64,000 nucleotides of DNA from Bugula neritina (lineage: Eukaryota; Animalia; Bryozoa), in contig OZ037765.1 in NCBI GenBank assembly GCA_964035545.1, positions 992,001 to 1,056,000 of the forward strand, given 5' to 3'. Of the stretch, positions 54,001 to 64,000 are shown in pieces. Within the stretch, counting starts at the first letter, position 1, and every line of letters starts with the position of its first letter. A program made the position numbers and the translations under genes. Under the pieces are notes generated by a model. It was not told where the DNA came from, searched no databases, and saw only the letters and a program-made list of their open reading frames with translations.

Positions 54001-57000
54001 TCCTTGACCCCCTTCCATAAAACTGGCTTTTCTCAAGCTGATTGTTGGCTATTATTTGCTGCATTAGCTTGTACCTGCACTAGTTGTCGTGTCACCTAGC
54101 AACAGCTGTCATGTTGCCTAGCAACAGCTGTCATGTTGCCTAGCAACAGCTGTCATGTTACCTAGCAATAGTTGCCATGTTACCTAGCAATAGTTATGTT
54201 TCCTAGCAACAGTTGTCATGTTGTTTATCCTTTACTCTGTAGTTTACCCAATGTTACAAGTTGCACATTTTTGTAGCCAGCTCTCAGAAAACACTGCACT
54301 AGTTTTCTGTCACTTAGCAACTGTTTGAGATTAACTTATTCTAACACAGCACTCTCTATGCACTCTAAGAGTATATGATGTAATCTAGTATGACAGGAGA
54401 TAGCTGAAAGATGTATTTATACTGTATATATCTACATGTAGATTTAGTTATCATCAAATTGTTTATAATATAAAAAGTTACATTAATATATTATGTTTAG
54501 TGATTATCAAATGAATTGAAATGCTTGTTTACAGCCAATCAAAGAGAGAACATTCTGGCATCTTCTAGTCACCCACAGCCTGCGATCAGCAGCTCCAACA
54601 TGACTCAGGGAGGCTATGCCCCTCCCCAACCTTCACAAACGCTTCAGAACACGCACCTGGGCAATGAGTCATCATCTGCTCACATTGTAGGCCTGCAGAC
54701 TGGAGGTTCTAAGAAAAAAGACGAATTCGAATCGAGGTATTGCATACGAACAAACTGAAAATTTGCCATGTGAAATCAAATTTGAATTGATATTTACTTA
54801 CAAATAGACAGATTAGGTTTACAATTTTATACAATTTGTTTTTAAAACTGGTTGTTGAAGAATTAAAATATTTTTATCTCTGTTTGTAAATCATGACTTT
54901 GCTACTAATCACCTACTTTCACTCTTCCCACTGAGCTCTTCACTCTACTCACTGAACTCTCTACTCTACTCACTGAGCTCTTCACTCTTCCACTGAGCTC
55001 TCCACTCTACCCACTGAGCTCTTCACTCTACCCACTGAGCTCTCCACTCTATGTATATATCACCTGTAGAACTCGCATGGCCAAGATGGAGTCTCAGTTG
55101 GCCAGTCTGACGGCCTGGGTGCAGACGGCGCTGAGTCATAGCCGACCCGGCAGCTCAGCCAGTGACGGACTCTCCGACAGCTCTTACCCTCCCCACTCCA
55201 ACCGCAGCAGTGAGTTCTGTTGGAGTTGTGTTCTTCCTGTCACTTTGTGGACTGAATATTCTCTGTTGGTATTTTTCAACTTGAGAATACAGTTTGTGAA
55301 ATTCTCATTAAGATTTTTAAAATATCATTTTCTGTAATTGACTTTAGATTAAACTGTCTTTAAATTTCTTTATCAATGTGTATTAAATATTTATCTATTT
55401 ATTTATTGGTTGTTGTCTTCTCTCTTCTTGTTGTACTAGAAGTCATGTGACCATGTTTAGTAGACAGAGCACGTGTTGTCTGTGCTCTAGTCCATCAATT
55501 TCATCATCAAGTGTAATGTAATATGATTTGTGTGCACCTGCAATACTGATGCTATGTGTAGATCACTGTGAAATACCTAGGAAGGTTCATGCAGGTGATT
55601 GCTTGCTCAGCTTTGCTACGCAATATTTCATCATCTAATCTTATCTGTATTTGTCTGATTTATGATGTAATTTCCTGTATCTATGTGCATGCAAACTGTT
55701 AACACTGTCAGGGCGGTGATTCGCTAATCTTAATCATAATCTGTTTTCTCTCTCGTGATTGGTGGAGGGCTTCCATTTGTGTTATGTATGTTAAGAGTAA
55801 ACATAGGTAAACTTGAGGCCACATCAGTGATTAGCAGCTGGGTGAATCTCACTAAATGACTGTTAGTAGATACTAGATACGTAGAATGTATAATGTGATA
55901 CAGTCAAACTCACGTTGATACTCTAGTTGATTTAATAATTTCCACATATTCAATCACTAAAATGTGGCAGCCATCTTTTCTTGCCCGTCAATCCACTCCA
56001 ATGTAGTTCTACCTTTACCTGGTAACATATATATGTGAGTCGTCATGATAATTCATAGTTGTGTTCTGATCTAATATTTAGGTGTATCAGGGGCGTCTAC
56101 ATCTACGCCCCAACCCAGTGTGGGTGTTGAACTCCAGAAAAAGATATGCAGTGCATCAGATATGGTGAAAGATTTGAGAACCGAGTTTAAACAGCTGAGG
56201 AGAATCCATGAGGCTCAGTCTGAGACAATCCAGGATACAATCAAAGATGCTCTCTCTAAAATACAGGCACTGACTTATCATTATGTTCTATATATAGTAA
56301 CTAACTCACTCTGATATTCTATATATAGTAACTGACTCATTCTGATATTCTATATATAGTAACTAACTCACTCTGACATTCTATATATAGTAACTGACAG
56401 TGCTATTCTATATATAATAACTAACTCACTCTGATATTCTATATAGTATATATAGTAACTAACTCACTCTAATATTCTATATATAGTAACTGACTCTGAT
56501 ATTCTATATATAGTAACTAACTCACTCTGATATTCTATATATAGTAACTAACTCACTCTGATATTCTATATATAGTAACTAACTCACTTTGATATTCTAT
56601 ATATAGTAACTGACTCATTCTGATATTCTATATATAGTAACTAACTCACTTTGATATTCTATATATAGTAACTGACTCACTTTGATATTCTATATATAGT
56701 AACTAACTCACTCTGATATTCTATATATAGTAACTAACTCACTTTGATATTCTATATATAGTAACTGACTCACTCTGATATTCTATATATACTAACTAAC
56801 TCACTCTAATATTCTATATATAGTAACTAACTCTGATATTCTATATATAGTAACTAACTCACTCTAATATTCTATATATAGTAACTAACTCTGATATTCT
56901 ATATATAGTAACTAACTCACTCTGATATTCTATATATTATAGTAACTGACTCTGATATTCTATATATAGTAACTGACAAGCTATTTTGTTCACAGAAAGC

Positions 57001-57907
57001 TGTCAGCAGCATACCAGGGGCTAATGGTAGTCCTTTGAGATCTGAAAGACGCAGGATCGATGCCAATTTGGACTCTTACAAACAAGAGCACGCCATTGTT
57101 CTTAAACAAATAGGGTAAGTGTCAAGAATATGTAATAAGAAGTACATAGTGGGAATGTTATGCTCTTTTTTGCTGGAGTACAATTACTGAATATACACAA
57201 AGTATTCGCTACCTCATGTTGAATAATTGAGTATTATTGATTTGTTTATTTTAGTGAACTAGAAGCATACGTCTCAGAACTGCGTAGTGATGTCGTTTCT
57301 AAGCATTGCCATGTAAATCTCCCGGAAGTTGAAGCCTTAGCTCTTAAACTCAGTAAGGCCACGCGGGCGGCTACAGATATCAAGACTAAGTTTCCTCGTC
57401 TAGTCAAACACCTTCGAGTTGTTTCAGCCAATGAACTCGACTATGTCATAAACCAGCATGAGTACGCTTTATCTATACCTTGTGTAGTTGTCAACTTGCT
57501 ATGTAAACGTGTGTATAGTTCGACTATGTGTTGTATTCAGCATACTTTTTCTACCAATATTATCTTATTGAGAATTTAAGTTCTGGGTCCATTATAAATT
57601 TTTTTTCAAGAGTTTGTGCAGTGATTTGTTGATTATGTTGGTCAGGTTTATTAGCAAAGAGCCGGGGCATATAGAAGATGCATTGAGGAGGTGTAAAGCC
57701 ATCACTAGTGTTCTCTTTACACTCAAAAGGTAAAGAGTTACTTTAAATAGTATCTACTATTACTAGTACTACTAATACTACTGCTACTACTACTACTAAT
57801 ACTACTACTACTAGTACTACTACTACTGCTACTACCACTACCACCACTACTACTAGTACTACTACTACTACTACTACTGCTGCTGCTGCTACTACTACTA
57901 CTGCTAT

Positions 57908-57964
<57 letters not shown>

Positions 57965-57965
57965 A

Positions 57966-58017
<52 letters not shown>

Positions 58018-59238
58018 GCAAGCAATACAAATACATTGTGCCCATTACAGGCTGGCTGCGGTAGACAGTAAGAGAACTATTATAGTGCCACGTCTGAACA
58101 CACTTCCTGTTGATGAATCTGTGAAAAAGCAGCTTCTCCAACAGATACGCTCAAAGTCTCCAAATCATGTCGATAGAATGAAATCAATTAATGTGAGTCG
58201 TGCTTTGGTAACTTCTGTAACAGCTTTTGTTAGGTTAATAGAATATTTAGCTTATTCATTAATGTTTCATTTTCTATCATATCTAAAATAGTTTTATTTT
58301 TATTTTTCAAGAAAGCCGAAAAGTCTTTGGCCCGTCGCAAAGACATCATGATGTCAAAGGATGTGTTGAAGTTTGAAAAGTCACTAGAGTTGGCCTCTAA
58401 AAACCTCAAAGAGGCGGAACAGCTACCTCGGTCTGACTTTGAAACAATAAATGATTTGGATAAGCTTGCAGAAAGAGCGAGGCAGTATCAGGAAAATAAT
58501 CAGCTGTTAAGTGGAGTCACTACACAACATGTTAGTGGTGACACGTCTGCAAGCTCTGACTCACACATGTCTGTAAACTCTGACTCAAAACTAACCAATG
58601 GTGTTAGCAGACGTAACAGACCACCTAGAGGTGAACACAGTCTGCCATTCATACAAAACAGAGACTCAATTCATTGGGACATTGACTCAGAATCTAATGG
58701 GACTTTATCCGACGAATCCGTTGAGGAATTCATTGATGTAACTGAGACGACCGCCAACTCGGCATTTACAATTGTAAATAGCAACAGAGGTCAAAGTTCA
58801 AACTGTTCTCCTAGCAGTCGTGTTGTATCATCATCTCCTGGTAAAGACAGCCCGACATCTAGTGTCAAAGGTCATGCGTCACCCAATTCTAATAGCCGCC
58901 ATAGCGACCTTCAACAGCAATGTCAAAAGTTACAAGACATGCAAAGAAACCATAGACTGACTCCCACCATGCACAGTACGAGAGCTCCAACTAACACCCC
59001 TATCATTTCTCCTAATTCTCTAAATAATAGTTTTATTACTCCGGCTAGCTCTAAGGTTCCACACTCTAACGGCATGAATGGTAAACCAGCTATAGCTCCT
59101 AAACCTCAGCTAAGGTCAAACAGGCTCAAGGTTACTGTTTCCACTGCAGATGATTTAACTAGTTGTCACTCACACAGCTCATCTGACTCTCACAGTGAAA
59201 GCCTTTCTCTTAAAGAACCTAAATCAACAACTGTCTAA
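45079..59238 (+). CDS. AIP3-domain coiled-coil protein, SRCIN1(p140Cap)/KIAA1217(SKT)/CG32809 family, ~1014 aa
   Basis: Exons 45079-45244, 48259-48335, 50226-50327, 51011-51197, 51983-52181, 52679-52827, 53270-53428, 54535-54736, 55070-55209, 56082-56266, 56996-57114, 57255-57461, 57646-57729, 58051-58192, 58312-59238 (3045 nt). Family motifs RSSLPIIR, GLVFLTYQNVTKKTVLPSEIKNLDTIKAMFLRCFPQQLT, RMAKMESQLASLTAWVQTAL, ELEAYVSELRSDV, FISKEP. Ends STTV (class I PDZ ligand). The exon 10 donor is uncertain. Confidence 0.88.
46015..46183. repeat. 38-bp minisatellite built from two related halves, x ~4.5
   Basis: ACTACCCTGTCGTCTGCAACTATACTCTCTAGTCTGCA repeated. Confidence 0.88.
46532..46732. repeat. 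(CA)n microsatellite interrupted by CT
   Basis: Visible; gives the spurious HTHT ORF. Confidence 0.95.
49740..50080. repeat. 15-bp minisatellite (TACTACAGTAACATG) x ~23
   Basis: Visible; gives the spurious MYYSN and VVHVT ORFs. Confidence 0.95.
51184..51628 (+). repeat. 38-bp minisatellite x ~11.7 that includes the exon 4 end and 5' splice site
   Basis: Unit CACCAGACACGTGGGTGAGTCATACAGTCTACTTACAC; the first copy overlaps the real exon end at 51197. Confidence 0.95.
52179..52641 (+). repeat. 16-bp minisatellite (ACAGTAAGTATAATAT) x ~28 starting at the exon 5 donor
   Basis: Almost every unit carries A|GTAAGT; the first is the real donor at 52182. Confidence 0.93.
54091..54222. repeat. 22-bp tandem repeat x 6 containing RFX X-box-like motifs
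   Basis: GTTGCCTAGCAAC and variants at 54091, 54113, 54135, 54157, 54179, 54198. Confidence 0.8.
54918..55050. repeat. 21-bp pyrimidine-rich minisatellite (CACTGAGCTCTTCACTCTACC-like) x ~6
   Basis: Visible array just upstream of the acceptor at 55069. Confidence 0.85.
56285..56977. repeat. 31-bp minisatellite (CTGATATTCTATATATAGTAACTAACTCACT) x ~22
   Basis: Fills nearly the whole intron 10 of the SRCIN1-like gene. Confidence 0.93.
57754..58017. repeat. (CTA)n microsatellite
   Basis: Visible; gives the spurious poly-V/poly-S ORF. Confidence 0.95.
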
Positions 59239-61108
59239 TTAGGTTAACATGTGTTTAATTAGGTCACCTGCTGTTTAATTAGGTCAACTACTCTGTAACT
59301 AGAACTCACTATTATTATAATTCATTGCAAATACTTTTTATTATGAAGTGATATTTTATTTATTTGTAACTCTTTTATCAATATTTTAAGAAAACCATTT
59401 ACATCATCACATACTGAATGCATTCTTCTCTCATGGAGTAATATGAAACTGCCTGTTGCTTGCAGCTGTACTGATGTAGAATAATGATGATATGATATAT
59501 GTACATCAGTATATGTCTAGCAAAGTTCTAGCAATCTACCATCTACTAATCTATCCGTTTGTTCAGCTCTTTGCGTTGGATTTAGAACTGTGGCAGCTAA
59601 AAGGTATCAAATTATCTACTCAAATCAGCACATTAACAGCTTCCTTCTTAACTTGACTATATGCAGAACATGATGTTGTATTGAGCCTCCAAGTGGTAGC
59701 ACATTCAGTTTATGCATGTTTGCACTTGCACTAGTAATTAATTAAGTTATTCAATCAGTTAACAATGGCAACTTACATGCAATAGATAAATGAAGAAGGT
59801 AGCTAAAAAATTAATAAAGATTAGTCAACAGATTGATGAAGCTAATAGCAACTCATTGTTGAGAGCTGACTGCTTGTTGATTCACAGCTTGATTATATTC
59901 ATAACACTAGCTACTGTAACACAGCTTATATTATGTTAACCAATGGTCTATAGACACAGTATAGGGACACTACAACTATGACAACTAGCAGCTGGCGACT
60001 GCTGAATATTGGAAAAGGCTTGCATAATGTGATATGATGTACTTGAAGGCAGCGTAACAGATCAGGTTGAAGTTTCACTGTAACTCATCACTCAAAGCTT
60101 CACTCACTGACCTGCCCTATTACTCAGAAATTAAACAACTCACTTGGTTTACACAAGGGCAATGATATTGGGGTAATATCCAGCTTGTGCCCAGTAATAA
60201 AGCTTAAAGTAGTTTATATGCTATATTTAAAGAGACTTGAAGTCAGCGTTGAAGCTACCAACTGTTTTTATGAAATTAAACCCCTGAACTAAAACTACAT
60301 TGCATACATAGTCACAAAATATTAATTATAATAGGGCCTACACTAAATAGTTTGTTTTAACCAGCTTCCAAGACTATTAACATTATCTGCAATATTATTA
60401 AATACTGGAGTTTATGATATGAACACATTTACAATCAACAATTAATTTTGTGATGTTTTCCTCTGTTAGATTAAATTTGCCTGAAATAAATTAATAATGC
60501 ATTGTAGAAAATGCATTATAAGAAAGGCTTTTAGTTCACTATATATTTTATGTTCATGATTTACGTGGCTAAGTTTTGTGCTATAGTAACAATCAACATT
60601 TTTTTTCTAATCGCTCTTTTACTATTCCATCATACTACATATAATACTACAATAAAATACTTTAGTACTAGTCCAAAGCTGTTCCATCAAAATTATTTTT
60701 AGAAATCAATCAAGCAGTCTCAATGTATTAAAGTTTATTTAAAGAAAAAGCTGATTCGAAAATTACATAAAACTCACGGGAGAGAAAAATAGTTGTTATT
60801 ATAACAGCAAATTGTGAACAACTTTTCCAAATATTTGTAAAATTATAGTTACATTAAAAAAAGGAGCAAAGTGTAGGCAGCAGCAACAACAGCAGCACGC
60901 AGCAGAAAATTTAAAAATATGATTATAGGAAGCAAAAAGTCACAGATCACTTGAGGAAAAATCTAGGAATTTACTGAAGAGTTATTTAAGTAAGCTGTTG
61001 AGGGCACAAGCTTGTTAGAGTTAGTTTGTCAGAGTGAATACAAGTATTTTCACAAACACACTATTTAATATAGAAGAGCAGAACAAGAAAGGTTTTCTAA
61101 TATATTAT

Positions 61109-63385
61109 TTAGTGGTTACATTTTCCCAAACAGAGATCAAAGAGCCCGAACTGTTCACAGTTTGTTTCACTATCTTGTGGGCGACTGGGTATACTGGGAA
61201 TCATGATACTCATACACCCTTCTGGCTGGACTAATGAAGTGCATGGTGGTTCAATTGTCCTGCGTTTGACCCTTGTCAATTTTTCACAAGTCACTCTCTC
61301 GTCTTCTTTGTAATTTTTGCTAGCATCATGAAATATCTCCTCAAGAGGTTGGCTAGAACCAGCATGCTGAATACTCCAAGCCAGGTTGACTAAAAAACCA
61401 TTTTTTTCTTCTTTATAGCGTCCTTTGCCTTCTTCACAGGACATCATGAGCTTTACGTCTTTATACTTTTTTATCATATCATTAAGATCTGCTCTTGGAA
61501 GATGTTCATAGCATTTTTGACAAGCTTCTATAGCTATTATCTACAAGCAAAACATGTACACCTGATCATTGTATGGAAATAATATGTGTATTCTACACAT
61601 TGTACACAAAAGAAAATAAATAAGAGAAGTCTGTAATCTGATAACTGACTGTAATTTCTGAAAACATGACTTTTCAATTTCTAGAATTTTTAGGTGAGCA
61701 AGATAGTTATGCTAGTTATCATACGTAGAATAAAGAAATTCTAAGTACTTGAGTAAACAATGGCCAGTTTGTGATTACACGCTGTTGTACATCTACAGCA
61801 CTTTCATTTTGAATATGAGCTCTAAATTCATGATTGGGAACTCAAGCTAAATAAAAAGTTGTAGATATTACCAGCTGAGTCAACTTATTATGCAATAATT
61901 TTTTTTTCTGTGTTGTTTGCTTATATGTTCAGCTATTTTGTTACCACAAAAAAAGTTTACTTTAGACTATCATAAACCCAGCACTTTATGTGCTTAGAAC
62001 AATTGGGGTATAACAAAGCCTAAGCAGGTGCACATGATATTAACTGTTCTACTTATTATACACTCCATGTTCAACTATACTATCACTATCAACTGTTAAC
62101 TGCTATTATAGTCACAACTGAAGCTATAACCCACTGCTATATGACTACAACTACAACAGTAGAATCACAACTATTGCTACTAACTATTACTAATATATCT
62201 TCAGCACTGATACTGTTGGCATGGCACTGTTATACTAGCAACTATTATTTTACATACTATTACTATATAAATGTTACAAACCTTGGGTATACCTTGTAGA
62301 TGCTGATAGTCTTTAAGAATTATAAGTAGCTCTTCTATTTTCATATAATTGTTGTTATGTAAATCTACATAGTTTCCATGAAGTAAATATCCATATACTC
62401 CATGACAAAAAATAGACACGATCAAGAGAGAGCAGTGTTCTATGTTATCTAGTTCATCTCTAAATGTTTGTTTGAACTGTGGAAATACAGCGGAAGAATG
62501 TAAACGTGAAATCTTGAGTTGTATTGATTTCACCTCAACTCCCACTGCTTCTAATGCTGTGGTCATTTCATTGGCAGCTCGTTTCTCTTGTTTGGGAAAA
62601 CTGAGACCATTACCAGAAGAGCTCCCTGTGACACCTTCTAAGAATCCCGAAATAACAATACCATACATTTTAGCAAATCTTATTCCCTCACTAGGACGAG
62701 GGATTATATAAAAAAAATTGGAACATGGTTCAACAATCCTCATCATTTTTTGTGTCATGGGTGTTTTGCAGAACTCTTTCACGTTATCTTCTTTATCAAG
62801 ATAGCCTAGCAAGGAAGGGCTCACACCAAGCGCAGGACGCAAAAGTGGCTCCATAATGTCAACACAATCATTTTTGGCAATAATGTTAAAACGAGGCTCA
62901 TCTGCATTAGCTCTAGGATCAAAGAACTCATGGAACAACTCTACGGCGTTGCTTTCTATAAATCGCTTGACTGAATTGTGTTTGCATTGTCGTAGGTTCC
63001 AAAGAAACCACAACTCAGCACTCAACACAATCAACTTCCATACCTCCTGGTCATTCTTATTTATAGGTTTTAATCCATCAGATGCATTACCGCTCTCTTC
63101 CATCAGTTTATTTAGTTCCCATTCGACTGAACTATAAATTTCTGGTAATGACCATCTTTCTCTTTCATCTTCCGATTGCCTTTCAGCATTTTTATACAAT
63201 TCAAAAAGATAGTCCGGAATAGAAACGATATCCTTAGCAACTATTGGAAGGTTTTTCAGAAAGTCAACATCTGTTTTTTCTATCATAGTGTTTAGTTTTG
63301 CCATAGAAGATGTTTTACTTCGCCGCAGAAATGTTTTGAATTTCTTAAACAATTTCTTCACTTCTCCTTCTGTTAGTTCAGCCAT
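61109..63385 (-). CDS. Divergent caspase-like protease (C14 fold) with an uncharacterised ~230-aa helical N-terminal region, 511 aa
   Basis: Coding exons (minus) 63385-62282 and 61540-61109 (GT-AG, phase 0), with a 5' UTR acceptor at 63435-63436. Motifs MYGIVISG, TTALEAVGVEV (LF..LGF.V equivalent), CSLLIVSIFCHG (His 62402-62404), HLQGIPK|IIAIEACQK (Cys 61520-61522), KDVKLMMSC, GFLVNL, PLEEIF. Confidence 0.85.
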
Positions 63386-64000
63386 ATTCTAGTTTTGTAG
63401 TCTTAGAATGATATACTCAGTTAGATAGTGACACCTGTAGGTATATTAATTATTCATTGTTACAGGTAAAAAGCTTTAAATCACTACAACTCATGAGTTA
63501 AGCAGTATATCTATTATCCTATACCACTATAAAAGTCGTAGAGAACTTCGGGTCAATCAGTGGTAATGGGATTTGTATTACATTATATAGATTTCGTCAA
63601 CGATCCTAGCCTAATGAGGCGCAATTGAAATAAGTAATTGATTGGCTGGAGGTACAACCAGTTCAACTTCATTGGTTAGGCAACGATCGTAACAACTAAA
63701 ACAAGTGGTGGATACAGTTAGGGTTGACATTAAAACACGGCAATTTCTAGCAGTAATTTGCATTCTAAATCAATTTTTTCATGCAAAAGGTTTTAGAAGC
63801 TAGGAGTTATGAGAAAGAATAATATAATGTAATAATTTTGATTGAAAAGTTTTAACAAATGCAGGTCTGAATTTTTATTTAAATCCGCTCCTTTTAGACT
63901 TTGTTCTGAACAAAGGATATTAAATACTGTAGCTATTAGATAAGAATTTAGTCTTGTAAGTATTTTGAAAGCATAATTGTCTTCTCACTCAATTTCAGCT

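Noticed and set aside
57738-58025. Poly-Val/Ser ORF (also 35716-35949)
   Set aside because: Translations of (CTA)n microsatellites.

Overview
AT-rich, intron-rich animal (invertebrate, probably lophotrochozoan; inference) genomic DNA. I spliced eight protein-coding genes by hand, and every complete model sums to a multiple of 3. In order: (1) the 3' part of a lipoxygenase; (2) a complete tandem paralogous PLAT-lipoxygenase (662 aa) whose intron 12 carries a 2.55-kb CACAG-ended TIR transposon with a tRNA-like Pol III unit inside; (3) a 1208-aa protein with an acidic N-terminus, about 13 ankyrin repeats, a catalytically dead caspase-like domain and a second caspase domain with an intact His/Cys dyad (SHG...SFCRG); (4) MFSD14/HIAT1 on the minus strand; (5) ARL6IP6; (6) METTL5 on the minus strand; (7) an AIP3-domain SRCIN1/KIAA1217/CG32809-like gene; (8) a second, highly divergent caspase-like gene on the minus strand (FCHG...EACQK). 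The best candidate for an undescribed system is the single-chain ankyrin-pseudocaspase-caspase, together with the second non-canonical caspase. Introns are full of minisatellites, several of which amplify the adjacent splice site, and these explain most of the long low-complexity ORFs in the ORF track. No database searches were run; family calls rest on recognised motifs.
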